39,671 nt of DNA from Prosthecobacter sp. (lineage in GTDB: Bacteria > Verrucomicrobiota > Verrucomicrobiia > Verrucomicrobiales > Verrucomicrobiaceae): positions 1 to 39,671 of the forward strand of contig DAORHS010000001.1 of assembly GCA_035438165.1 (NCBI GenBank). Reading direction: 5' to 3'. Numbering within the stretch: position 1 is the first letter of the stretch; every line of letters begins with the position of its first letter. The notes under the pieces were generated by a model. The model saw only the letters and a list, made by a program, of their open reading frames with translations, did not search any database and was not told the origin of the DNA. A program made the translations under genes and the position numbers. This document shows positions 27,736-36,848 of this stretch, piece by piece.

Positions 27736-30700
27736 ATGAAGCCCCCCTTTCTGCTTTTCCTGCTGTTCGTCACCGCAGCCAGCGCTGTCGATTTCAATCG
27801 CGACGTGCGGCCCGTGCTCGCACAGCAGTGTTTCACCTGCCATGGCATGGATGAAAAAGCACGCAAAGGCAGGCTGCGGCTTGATTTGAGCGAATCCGCC
27901 CACGGTGCGGGCAAATCCGGCGAGATCGCCATCGTGCCGGGCAAACCGGACGCCAGCGAGGTCGTCAAACGCATCCTCTCCACGGACGAGGACGAAGTCA
28001 TGCCGCCACCTCACACGAAGAAGGTGCTGTCGGACAAGGACAAGGCCACTTTGAAGGCCTGGATCGCCGAAGGAGCGAGGTACGAGGCGCATTGGGCGTA
28101 CACGCCGCCGAAGCAGCCGGTAGTTCCAGGTTCCAAGTTTCAGGTTTCAAGTTCCAAAGGTTCCAGTGCTCAACTTGAAACTTTAAACCTGAAACCTGAA
28201 ACTCAGACACATCCCATCGACGGCTTCATTCGCGAACGCCTCACCAGAGAAGGACTCAAGCCCTCGCCAGAAGCGGACCGCTACACGCTCGTGCGCCGCG
28301 TCTATCTCGATCTCATCGGCCTGCCGCCCACGCCTGTCGATGCCGACGCCTTCGTGAACGACAAATCACCCGATGCTTACGACAAGCTTGTGGACTCACT
28401 TCTGAACTCCAAGCACTACGGCGAACGCTGGGCGCGGCGCTGGCTCGATCTCGCACGTTACGCGGACACGAACGGCTTCGAAAAGGATCGCCCGCGCCAG
28501 ATCTGGCCCTATCGCGACTGGGTCGTGAAGGCGCTGAATGATGACATGCCTTTCGACCAGTTCAGCATCAAGCAGCTCGCCGGGGACATGCTCCCCAATG
28601 CCACGCCGGACGATCTTATCGCCACCGGTTTTCACCGGAACACGATGCTCAACGAGGAAGGCGGCATCGACCCGAACGAATACCGCTTCTACGCCATGGT
28701 GGACCGTGTCGGCGTCACCGGCACCGCCTGGATGGGACTCACGCTGAACTGCTGCCAGTGCCACACGCACAAATACGACCCCATCCTGCACACCGACTTC
28801 TACAGCGTCATGGCCTTGCTCAACAACGCCGACGAGCCGACTTACCACATCCCCACGCCGGACATCGAAGCGCAGCAGAAAGCTCACGCGGCGAAGATTG
28901 CGCAGTTGGAGGCCGAGTTGCCGAAAAAGTTCCCCGGTGGCGAATCCGCGATGCAAAGCCGTCTCGCTGGCTGGATCGAAGGCGAATCGAAACGCGCCTC
29001 GAAATGGCAAACCATCCGCCCCACAACCATGAAGACCACCATGCCGCACCTGGAGCAGCAGCCTGACGGCTTCATCCTCGGCAGCGGTGACATCTCGAAG
29101 AGCGATGTCTATGACTTGAGTCTCAAAGCGCCGATCAAAGGTGTCACCGCGCTGCGCATTGAAGTCGCCAGCCATACCAGCCTTCCCAATGACGGCCCCG
29201 GCCTCACCAACTACGAAGGCCCGCTCGGCGGATTCTTCCTCAGCGAGCTGCAAGCCTTCCAAAACGGCCAGCGTGTCAAAATCGCCCGCGCCGAGGCCAC
29301 GAACGATGAGGAGGAAGACAAAATCAGCGATGCCGCTCCTGCAAAAAAGAAAGCCGCCAAAGCTCGTAAAACCAACAACGCCAGCGCCACGCTCGATGCC
29401 GAGATGTCCAGCGGCTGGCAGGTGCTCGGCGGCATCGGCGTGCAACACGCCGCCGTGTTCCATTTCGAGAAGCCGGTCGATTTCACCAGCGGCTTCGACT
29501 TGAAGATGCTCTTTGAAAAACACTTCGCCTGTCCGCTCGGTCACTTTCGCATCTCTGTCACCACCAGCGATCATGCCACGGCGACCGGCCATCCGGCGGA
29601 TGTCGAAAACGCACTCGCCAAGGAGAGGGATTTGCCAAGTCCCTCCAAACCCGGACTTGGCAAGTCCGGCTCCTTGCTTCTCCAGCGCTTTCTCGAAACC
29701 GCGCCCGAAACGAAGCAAGCCGCCGCCCAGCTCGCCGCCTTGCGCAAAAACCCACCACGCGGTCAATCCACGCTCGTCATGAGCGAACGTCCGGCCTCCA
29801 ATCCGCGCGTCACACACCGCTACCATCGCGGCGAATACCTCTCGCCGAAGGAAGATGTCGCCGCCGCCGTGCCCGCCTTTCTGCCTGCATTGCCGAAGAA
29901 TGCGCCCGCCAACCGCCTCACCTTCGCGAAATGGCTCTTCGTGCCCGAAAATCCGCTCACCGCTCGCGTCACCGTGAATCGCCAGTGGCAGGCCTTCTTT
30001 GGTCGTGGTCTCGTGAAGTCGCTCGAAGACTTCGGCTATCAAAGCGAGCCGCCCTCGCACCCGGAGCTGCTTGACTGGCTCGCCGTTGAATTCGTGAAGC
30101 AGGGCTGGTCGATGAAGAAGCTGCACCGCCTCATCGTCACCAGCGCCACCTACAAGCAAAGCAGCCGCATCACGTCCGAACTCGCCGAAAAAGATCCCGA
30201 GAACATCCTGCTCGGCCGCGGCTCGCGCTTCCGCCTCGATGCCGAGATCATCCGCGATGCCGCCCTGAAAGCCGCTGGTGTTTTGTCACCGAAAATGGGC
30301 GGCCCAGGCGTCTTCCCGCCGCAGCCGCTGAGCGTGACCTCCGAAGGCACCTACGGCAAATTCGAGTGGAAGGTCAGCGAGGGTGACGACCGCTACCGCC
30401 GCAGCCTCTACACCTTCATGAAGCGCACCGCACCCTTCGCCATGTCCACCACCTTCGACGCGCCCACCGGCGAAAGCTGCCTCGCTCGTCGCGAAGTCTC
30501 CAACAGCCCCCTGCAAGCGCTCACGCTCCTGAACGACCAGATGTTCATGGAAGCTGCGCAGGCCATGGCCAAACAAGTCATTGCCGAATCCATCGATGAC
30601 GACTCCCGTCTCCAAAACATCTTCCGCCGCTGCGCCACCCGTCCTGCCGCCGCCGATGAACTGGGCATGCTCAAAACCTTCCTCCAAAAGCAACGCCACC

Positions 30701-30780
30701 AAAAACTCGACGGCGAAGCATTGTGGACATCCGTGTGCCGCGCGGTGCTTAATCTTGATGAAGCGATCACTCACCCATGA
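27736..30780 (+). CDS. Planctomycete cytochrome c / DUF1549 / DUF1553 (PSCyt1-PSCyt2-PSD1) protein
   Basis: Signal peptide, VDFNRDVRPVL..CFTCH, MPP, HWAY, YGERWARRWLDLARYADTNG, CCQCHTHKYDP, NPLTARVTVNR, PSHPELLDWLA, PLQALTLLND. Start ATG 27736, not 27511 (which overlaps the giant gene). Confidence 0.9.
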   Translation: MKPPFLLFLLFVTAASAVDFNRDVRPVLAQQCFTCHGMDEKARKGRLRLDLSESAHGAGKSGEIAIVPGKPDASEVVKRILSTDEDEVMPPPHTKKVLSDKDKATLKAWIAEGARYEAHWAYTPPKQPVVPGSKFQVSSSKGSSAQLETLNLKPETQTHPIDGFIRERLTREGLKPSPEADRYTLVRRVYLDLIGLPPTPVDADAFVNDKSPDAYDKLVDSLLNSKHYGERWARRWLDLARYADTNGFEKDRPRQIWPYRDWVVKALNDDMPFDQFSIKQLAGDMLPNATPDDLIATGFHRNTMLNEEGGIDPNEYRFYAMVDRVGVTGTAWMGLTLNCCQCHTHKYDPILHTDFYSVMALLNNADEPTYHIPTPDIEAQQKAHAAKIAQLEAELPKKFPGGESAMQSRLAGWIEGESKRASKWQTIRPTTMKTTMPHLEQQPDGFILGSGDISKSDVYDLSLKAPIKGVTALRIEVASHTSLPNDGPGLTNYEGPLGGFFLSELQAFQNGQRVKIARAEATNDEEEDKISDAAPAKKKAAKARKTNNASATLDAEMSSGWQVLGGIGVQHAAVFHFEKPVDFTSGFDLKMLFEKHFACPLGHFRISVTTSDHATATGHPADVENALAKERDLPSPSKPGLGKSGSLLLQRFLETAPETKQAAAQLAALRKNPPRGQSTLVMSERPASNPRVTHRYHRGEYLSPKEDVAAAVPAFLPALPKNAPANRLTFAKWLFVPENPLTARVTVNRQWQAFFGRGLVKSLEDFGYQSEPPSHPELLDWLAVEFVKQGWSMKKLHRLIVTSATYKQSSRITSELAEKDPENILLGRGSRFRLDAEIIRDAALKAAGVLSPKMGGPGVFPPQPLSVTSEGTYGKFEWKVSEGDDRYRRSLYTFMKRTAPFAMSTTFDAPTGESCLARREVSNSPLQALTLLNDQMFMEAAQAMAKQVIAESIDDDSRLQNIFRRCATRPAAADELGMLKTFLQKQRHQKLDGEALWTSVCRAVLNLDEAITHP
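28122..28203. repeat. In-frame heptamer-repeat palindrome inside the DUF1553 gene
   Basis: Left arm 28122-28153 is built of GTTYCAR heptamers, right arm 28172-28203 of CYTRAAA heptamers; 27/32 positions complementary, 18-nt loop; encodes VPGSKFQVSSSKGSSAQLETLNLKPET. Confidence 0.85.
29619..29676. repeat. In-frame inverted REP-like doublet inside the DUF1553 gene
   Basis: CAAGGAGAGGGATTTGCCAAGTCC (29619-29642) and GGACTTGGCAAGTCCGGCTCCTTG (29653-29676) are inverted at 21/24 positions; each arm has its own GGAYTT-N3-AAGTCC hairpin with a GGAG tag; encodes KERDLPSPSKPGLGKSGSL. Confidence 0.8.
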
Positions 30781-31304
30781 TTCGATTCCTGACAGCGTTT
30801 CTGACCTTGGCCTCGCAGGCACCGGGTGAACTCGATCCCGAAGCGGGCGAGTTCAATCTGTTCCTGTTCTGCTTCTTGGTGATTGGCCTTGTCACGCTCG
30901 TCGCACTGGTGGTCATAGGCATCGTGGTGGGGATCATCGTGGCGGTCACGGGAGGCGCGGTGGTGGTATCTGGCGCGGCCTTGAGCTCTTCCATCGCCGC
31001 GGCGGCTCGTCGCAGTCCACAGACTGGATTGATGTGGTTCGTCGTTCAGATGTCCTTCGCTGGAGGAGCAGTGTCGGGATTCGCGGTTGGCGCTCTTTAT
31101 TCATACTTCAATAAACTGCCCGTCTGGAACTGGCCGCACTCGGGCTTGGCTGCTTTGATTGGTGCAAGCACATCCGCTGCCATCGGATGGGCTTCCGTGA
31201 AGCTCTGGATCCGCATCTGGAGGCAGCTTCAGCAGTGGTGGCAACAGCGAGGCCAGTTAGAAAGATCTAGCCAGACCACATCATTCGATATTCAAAAGCC
31301 ATGA
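30777..31304 (+). CDS. Hypothetical multi-pass membrane protein (about 4 TM)
   Basis: 175-aa ORF with long hydrophobic stretches; ATGA overlaps with both neighbours; no family recognised. Confidence 0.7.
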   Translation: MIRFLTAFLTLASQAPGELDPEAGEFNLFLFCFLVIGLVTLVALVVIGIVVGIIVAVTGGAVVVSGAALSSSIAAAARRSPQTGLMWFVVQMSFAGGAVSGFAVGALYSYFNKLPVWNWPHSGLAALIGASTSAAIGWASVKLWIRIWRQLQQWWQQRGQLERSSQTTSFDIQKP

Positions 31305-32713
31305 ACACCCCCAACATCACCCGCCGTCACTTCTTCAATGATTGTGCCATTGGCACGGGCAAGATCGCGCTGGCTTCGTTGCTGGCGGAATCGGCGTATG
31401 GAGCGGCGAAGAGTCCCAATGTGGCGGCACCGACGCATTTTCAGCCGAAGGCGAAGGCCGTCATCCACATGTTCATGGCCGGTGCGCCGTCGCAGCTCGA
31501 GATGTTCGATCACAAGCCGATGCTGACAAAATACGAAGGCAAGCCGCTGCCGCCGTCGATCATCGGCGGTCAGCGCTACGCGTTCATCCGGCCGGATGCG
31601 GCGGTGCTGGGACCGCGCTTCAAGTTTGCGCGGCATGGGCAGTGCGGCGCGGAGCTTTCGGAGGTGCTGCCGCATCTCGCGACGATCGTGGACGACATCG
31701 CCATCGTGAAATCCTGCCGCACGACGCAGTTCAATCACGCTCCGGCGCAGATTTTCATGAACACGGGCTTTTCACAGCCTGGGCGGCCCAGCATGGGTTC
31801 GTGGATCACGTATGGCCTCGGCGCGGAGTCGCGGGATCTGCCGAGTTTCGTCGTGATGAGCACCGGCAGCGGCATCAGCGGCGGCGCGGCGTGCTGGAGC
31901 AGCGGTTTTTTGCCGAGCGTTTACTCCGGCACGCGTTTCCGCAACACAGGCGATCCCATTTTGAATGTGAGCACACCACAGGGCATCGAGGCGGGCACGC
32001 AGAAGGACACCATCGACCTTATCAACGCGATGAACCATCGCCGCCTCCAACTCGATGGCGACAGCGAGACCGCCACGCGCATCGCGAACTACGAGATGGC
32101 CTACCGCCTGCAAACCTCCGCGCCGGAGCTGATGGATCTGACGAAGGAGGACGAGGCCACGCTCAAAATGTACGGCTGCGATCCGAAGGTGCCGTCCTTC
32201 GCCCGCGCCTGCCTGCTCGCACGGCGCATGGTCGAGCGCGGCGTGCGTTTCATCAACATCTACAACGAAGGCTGGGACGCGCACAGCAACGTCGAGGGCA
32301 ACGTGCGCAACAACTGCAAGGCCACCGACCAGGCCAGCGCCGCGCTCGTCAAAGACCTCAAGCAGCGCGGTCTGCTCGACAGCACGCTCGTCGTCTGGGG
32401 CGGTGAATTTGGCCGCACGCCGATGGTCGAGGCCAGTGTGTCGCTCGGTCGCAGCATGGGCCGCGACCACCATCCGCAGGCCTTCACCATGTGGATGGCC
32501 GGCGGTGGCATCAAAGGCGGCGTCACCCTCGGTGCGACGGATGAGATGGGATTCAACATCATCGAAGACGAAGTCCACGTGGCCGATCTGCACGCCACCA
32601 TCCTGCATCAGCTCGGCATGGACCACGAGCGGCTCTCCTTCCGCGCGGCGGGCCTCGATTTCAAGCTGACCGGCGTGGAGCCGTGCAAGGTGATCAAGCA
32701 GATCCTCGCATGA
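31301..32713 (+). CDS. DUF1501 family protein (Tat-like signal)
   Basis: ITRRHFF; PKAKAVIHMFMAGAPSQLEMFDHKP; RPSMGSW; CLLARRMVERGVRF; WDAH; GGEFGRTP; GRDHHP. Confidence 0.92.
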   Translation: MNTPNITRRHFFNDCAIGTGKIALASLLAESAYGAAKSPNVAAPTHFQPKAKAVIHMFMAGAPSQLEMFDHKPMLTKYEGKPLPPSIIGGQRYAFIRPDAAVLGPRFKFARHGQCGAELSEVLPHLATIVDDIAIVKSCRTTQFNHAPAQIFMNTGFSQPGRPSMGSWITYGLGAESRDLPSFVVMSTGSGISGGAACWSSGFLPSVYSGTRFRNTGDPILNVSTPQGIEAGTQKDTIDLINAMNHRRLQLDGDSETATRIANYEMAYRLQTSAPELMDLTKEDEATLKMYGCDPKVPSFARACLLARRMVERGVRFINIYNEGWDAHSNVEGNVRNNCKATDQASAALVKDLKQRGLLDSTLVVWGGEFGRTPMVEASVSLGRSMGRDHHPQAFTMWMAGGGIKGGVTLGATDEMGFNIIEDEVHVADLHATILHQLGMDHERLSFRAAGLDFKLTGVEPCKVIKQILA

Positions 32714-33153
32714 TCCCCGCCACCATCGTCCAAGGCCACCGCGTCGCGTCGGGTTTGAATGGCAATTCGCGTTTTCCGGGCGGCACGATTCAGATGCAGT
32801 TGCCGTTCTTTGCGGAACTTGGGCTGGACTTGAGCGGGTTCTTTCCCGGCACGTTGAATGTGAGCATCGCGCCGCTGAGTTATCGCGTGTTGAGTCCTCG
32901 ATACACATTTCGGGCCCTGAAATGGCATCCCGCGGATCCGGCGGAGGATTTTTCGTTCTTCGATGTGGTCGTGCATCGCGATGAAGCAGAATCCGTGACA
33001 GGATGGATCTACTTTCCCCACCCTGAAACCAAGCCCACGCACTTCCAGAAGTCCGACGTGCTCGAGCTGCTGCTACCATGGACGGAGGGGCTAAGCTATG
33101 GCGGGTCCATCCGTCTCGATGTGCCGGAAGACCAGATGGTTTTCGAACGGTGA
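32710..33153 (+). CDS. CTP-dependent riboflavin kinase-like protein (archaeal RFK/DUF120-like fold)
   Basis: IVQGHRVASG, LGLD..FFPGTLNV and P..KPTH...VLELL follow the archaeal RFK pattern; ATGA overlap with the DUF1501 stop. Confidence 0.6.
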   Translation: MIPATIVQGHRVASGLNGNSRFPGGTIQMQLPFFAELGLDLSGFFPGTLNVSIAPLSYRVLSPRYTFRALKWHPADPAEDFSFFDVVVHRDEAESVTGWIYFPHPETKPTHFQKSDVLELLLPWTEGLSYGGSIRLDVPEDQMVFER

Positions 33154-33194
33154 GCTACTTGTGAGGCGGGCGGCCCTCCCGACGTTGATTCCCC

Positions 33195-34034
33195 ATGAAA
33201 TGTTTTTTCCTGTCCCTGCTGATTGCTTCCACAGCCTTTGCTGACACTCAGACGGACATTGAGTATGCCAGGGCGGGCGAGACATCACTCAAACTCGATC
33301 TGCATCGCCCATCGGCGGAGAATGCGCCGCTCATTGTCTATGTCCACGGTGGTGCCTGGCGTGCGGGCTCGAAGTCGAATGTGCCTGTGGCGAATCTGCT
33401 CGACCTTGGATTTGCCATTGCGAGCGCGGACTACCGGCTTTCGACGCAGGCGGTGTTTCCGGCGCAGGTTCATGACATCAAGGCGGCGATCCGCTTTCTG
33501 CGGGCGAATGCCGGACCGCTCCACATCAACACGGCCAAGATCGCAATCATCGGCTCGTCTGCCGGCGGCCATCTGGCAGCGCTGGTGGGCGTGAGCCATG
33601 GGAATCCGGAGCTCGAAGGGAAAGTGGGCGATCACCTGGATCAAAGCAGTGACGTGCAGTGCATCGTGAGCTTTTACGGAGCCTCGAACCTGCAGTCGAT
33701 CCTCCCTCAGAGCACCGAGTTTGGTCTCACCGTGCGGATTCCGGCTCTGAAGCTGCTGCTGGGCGATGTGCCTGACAAGAAGCGTGATCTGGCGAAACTC
33801 GCGAGCCCGGTGGCCCATCTCGACAAAAACGATCCTGCGCTGCTGCTGATTCACGGAGACGTTGATCCACAGATGCCGCCTGCGCAGTCGCAGGAACTGG
33901 CCAGAGCGTATGAAGCACTGAAACTGCCGGTGACGCTGATCACGCTGCCGGGCAGCAAGCACGGCGGTCCGGAATTCTATGACGATGTGCGAACAAGGAT
34001 CGTCACCGAGTTTCTCCACAAGGCGTTGAAATGA
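33195..34034 (+). CDS. Secreted alpha/beta hydrolase (HSL/BD-FAE-like esterase)
   Basis: Signal peptide; VHGGAW oxyanion motif, DYRLS, GSSAGGHL nucleophile elbow, HGDVD, SKHG. Confidence 0.9.
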   Translation: MKCFFLSLLIASTAFADTQTDIEYARAGETSLKLDLHRPSAENAPLIVYVHGGAWRAGSKSNVPVANLLDLGFAIASADYRLSTQAVFPAQVHDIKAAIRFLRANAGPLHINTAKIAIIGSSAGGHLAALVGVSHGNPELEGKVGDHLDQSSDVQCIVSFYGASNLQSILPQSTEFGLTVRIPALKLLLGDVPDKKRDLAKLASPVAHLDKNDPALLLIHGDVDPQMPPAQSQELARAYEALKLPVTLITLPGSKHGGPEFYDDVRTRIVTEFLHKALK

Positions 34035-34040
34035 AGGAGG

Positions 34041-35717
34041 TCACGAGCGTTGGAGTGTCCAACGTGGTACGCAACCATCATGGGCCTGTGTGACCGTGGC
34101 GGCGAAATCGGCGAGATAGCCAAAGGGGTGCCCCACGGGATGGATCGTGTGCAGACGGGCACCGAGATCGGCCTTGACCTCGATGGTGCCTGCCAGGAGG
34201 TCGAACTCGATCTCATCGCCATCCTGGACGCGGGCAATCGGACCGCCCACGACGGCCTCGGGGCTGCAATGAACGCCGACAGCACCGCCGGAGACACCCG
34301 AGACGCGTGTGTCTGAGATGAGAGCGACTTTGCCGTACAACTCGGGCACGGCGAGCGCGGCGCTGGCCACGTGCATTTCCGGCATGCCGAGCGCGACAGG
34401 GCCGCAGCCGCGGATGACGACGATGTGACCGGGCTTGATCTGGCCTGCGGCGGCAGCATCAGAGACGCCTTTGGAATCGTGAAAGCAGATCGCCCGCCCG
34501 CGGAACTGCGGTTCGTCGAGCGAGGAGACTTTGAAGACGATGCCGTCCGGCGCGAGATTGCCGAAGCAGATCTGGATGTCGGCGAATGCTTTGAATGGCG
34601 CGTCGATGGGTGCGACGAGTTCGTTCGGGAAGGGGACTTCAGCGGCGGTGGCGAGGTTTTCCGCGAGAGTTTGTCCGGTGACGGTGATGCAGGAGCCGTC
34701 GAGCAGGCCGGTTTTCATGAGATGCTTCAGCAGCATCGAGGTGCCGCCAAGGCGATGGAGATCGACCATGGTGCCACGGCCGCGCGGGGCGAAATTGCAC
34801 AGCACGGGCGTCCGGCGGCAGATGGCCTGCACATCACGCAGAGTGAAGTCGATCTGCGCTTCGCGTGCGACGGCGAGGACGTGCAACACGCCATTGGTGG
34901 AGCCGCCTATGGCGGCGATGGCGGTCATGGCATTGGTGAGCGATGCCTTGGTGATGATGTCCCGTGGACGCAAGTTCAACTCCAGCAGGCGGCGGACGGC
35001 CTTGCCGACGCGCAGGCATTCTTCCCTCTTCCCGGCTTCAACCGCCGGCATGGACGAAGTGTCCGGCAGGCTGAGGCCCAGCGCCTCAAGCGCAATGCCC
35101 CAGGTGTTGAAGGAGGCGGCGATGCCGCAGCCGCCTGCCCCCGGACAAGCGGTGCGGATGATCTGTTCCGATTCTTCGTAGCTCATCGTGCCCTGCTTCT
35201 CCTTCGCGGCGGCGTCATAGACGTCGAGGATGGAGGTGGAGTGCCCTTTGTGGCAGCCGGGCATGATGCTGCCGCCGTTGACGATGAGGCCGGGATAGTT
35301 GGTGCGCGCCAGAGCCATCGCAAAGGCAGGACCGTTTTTGTCGCAGTGATGCAGGCCGATCAGCGCATCGTAGCAGTGCGAGGTGCAGACCATCTCGGCT
35401 CCATTGGCCATGAGATTGCGGGAGCAAAGCGATGCCGCTCCGCCGATGTTGCCCTGCGTGATGTTGTCGCTCACCGGCGACACGCCGAAGGGGAAACCGA
35501 TGAGTCCCGCCTCCGCGCAGCCCTGCTTGATGAGCTGGGCCAGCTCGTGCGCATGGACGTTGCAGATGTTGCCGTCCAGCAACGGAGTGCCGATGCCGAT
35601 CTGCGCCTTGTCAAAGTCCTCCGGCTTGAAACCCAGGCCCCAGAAGAAGGCGTTGACGCCGCGCTGCCAGCCGTGGGTGAGGTTGTTTGAGTTCCAGTTG
35701 AGCGAGTTTTCAGTCAT
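34041..35717 (-). CDS. ilvD: Dihydroxy-acid dehydratase (IlvD/Edd family)
   Basis: CNVH, SDNI, CDKNGP, CPGAGGCG, GGSTNGVLH, GNLAPDG, GMPEM, DTRVSG, VHCSPEA..GGPI. The substrate could be a sugar acid rather than a branched-chain precursor. Confidence 0.85.
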   Translation of the reverse strand: MTENSLNWNSNNLTHGWQRGVNAFFWGLGFKPEDFDKAQIGIGTPLLDGNICNVHAHELAQLIKQGCAEAGLIGFPFGVSPVSDNITQGNIGGAASLCSRNLMANGAEMVCTSHCYDALIGLHHCDKNGPAFAMALARTNYPGLIVNGGSIMPGCHKGHSTSILDVYDAAAKEKQGTMSYEESEQIIRTACPGAGGCGIAASFNTWGIALEALGLSLPDTSSMPAVEAGKREECLRVGKAVRRLLELNLRPRDIITKASLTNAMTAIAAIGGSTNGVLHVLAVAREAQIDFTLRDVQAICRRTPVLCNFAPRGRGTMVDLHRLGGTSMLLKHLMKTGLLDGSCITVTGQTLAENLATAAEVPFPNELVAPIDAPFKAFADIQICFGNLAPDGIVFKVSSLDEPQFRGRAICFHDSKGVSDAAAAGQIKPGHIVVIRGCGPVALGMPEMHVASAALAVPELYGKVALISDTRVSGVSGGAVGVHCSPEAVVGGPIARVQDGDEIEFDLLAGTIEVKADLGARLHTIHPVGHPFGYLADFAATVTQAHDGCVPRWTLQRS

Positions 35718-35753
35718 GAGGCGCGGATGCTAGACGGAAAGCCGTCCCGCGCC

Positions 35754-35790
35754 AAAACAAAAGCTCCCGGCCAGCGGACTGACCGGGAGC
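35754..35790 (-). terminator. Rho-independent terminator of barrel gene 1
   Basis: Minus strand GCTCCCGGTCAG-TCCG-CTGGCCGGGAGC (12-bp stem with one G-U) followed by TTTTGTTTT. Confidence 0.85.
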
Positions 35791-35834
35791 CCCAACCTAA
35801 TCAGACTGAATGCAGGCCGCGAGGCCCGCGTGAA

Positions 35835-36752
35835 TTAGAAGGAGACGCTCAACTTCACGCCACCGAAGATTTCGTTGTCGTGGGTGGCGTTCAGGTAGTT
35901 ACGAGTGCTTCCGGAGAAGTTCCATGCCACGTAGGGGGTGAGCGTGGCGATCTTCGTCAGCTGAATCGGAGTGGCGACGCTGAAGAGCACATGGGTGAAG
36001 CCGCTCGACTGGGTGCCCAGACCCACAAAAGCAGCGGAGTTGCTGCGGGTGCCGGTGTAGTAGTTGATGCCGTAGCCAGCCTGAACAGCCGGAACGATGC
36101 TGAGCCAGTCATTGACTGCATACGTGTAGTCCACAGCCGCCTGGAAATACTGACCACCGATGGTGAGGTCATAGAAATAGCCGGTGGAGAAGTTGAAGGC
36201 ACCGAGCGGGATCGCCATGGTGACACCGACTTCATGAGCACCAGTCAGGCCCATTTCCGGATCGCCGTTATTCACGCCGGTGCCGTTGATGGAGCCGGAG
36301 TAGGTGTCCGGATAGCCGTAGTACTGATATTGGACGCCAAATGTGGCAAATCCGGCATCATAGGCCAGGGAGGTGTAGAGGTCGTACTCGGAGTAGTCGA
36401 AGGCCTGGTTCGTCACACCGTTCTGGGGGGTTTGGAGGGAGGAGATGTAGCCAGCGCCGAGGCCCCAGGTCAGGCTGCCAGCACCGTCTTCAGCCGCACC
36501 ACCGATCACCGGAATGGAAAGATTGATGAAGGAGGAGATGATGTTGTCAGCGAACCACAGACCGCGGAAGTAGTAGCGGCTGTCGTAGGCGACGCTCAGG
36601 TCGGCTCCGACGGAGTCGAACAGGGTGGCCGGCTCGGTCACCGGGGTAACCGGCGCCTTGGCGGGAGTGCCGGCGGATGCGTTCAGCGCTGCACAGGCAG
36701 CAAGAACGGTCACCGATTTGGCAATGAGGGATGTCATGCTTTTGGGCTTCAT
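35835..36752 (-). CDS. Outer-membrane beta-barrel protein (TorF/TIGR02001-like putative porin), paralog 1
   Basis: Signal peptide, GTPAKAPV linker, YDSRYYFRG, alternating aromatic strands, ATLTPYVA, C-terminal GVKLSVSF. Confidence 0.75.
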   Translation of the reverse strand: MKPKSMTSLIAKSVTVLAACAALNASAGTPAKAPVTPVTEPATLFDSVGADLSVAYDSRYYFRGLWFADNIISSFINLSIPVIGGAAEDGAGSLTWGLGAGYISSLQTPQNGVTNQAFDYSEYDLYTSLAYDAGFATFGVQYQYYGYPDTYSGSINGTGVNNGDPEMGLTGAHEVGVTMAIPLGAFNFSTGYFYDLTIGGQYFQAAVDYTYAVNDWLSIVPAVQAGYGINYYTGTRSNSAAFVGLGTQSSGFTHVLFSVATPIQLTKIATLTPYVAWNFSGSTRNYLNATHDNEIFGGVKLSVSF

Positions 36753-36832
36753 GTGTTGGTCGAGTATAGTTATTGTTGGTGTTGAGGCGCTGAACTGACC
36801 GGGAAGACAGTGCAGCTTACAGGCTGTTCCAA

Positions 36833-36848
36833 AGCATCTGCCATGCCA
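36833..36848 (-). promoter_or_regulatory. Putative sigma54 (-24/-12) promoter of barrel gene 1
   Basis: Minus strand TGGCATGGCAGATGCT vs consensus TGGCACG-N4-TTGCW, with exact GG-N10-GC spacing; about 80 nt upstream of the ATG, with an AT-rich tract further upstream. Confidence 0.7.

Noticed and set aside
29330-29380. Lys/Ala-rich stretch DAAPAKKKAAKARK as a third inserted element
   Set aside because: No palindrome or repeat at DNA level; looks like an ordinary low-complexity loop.
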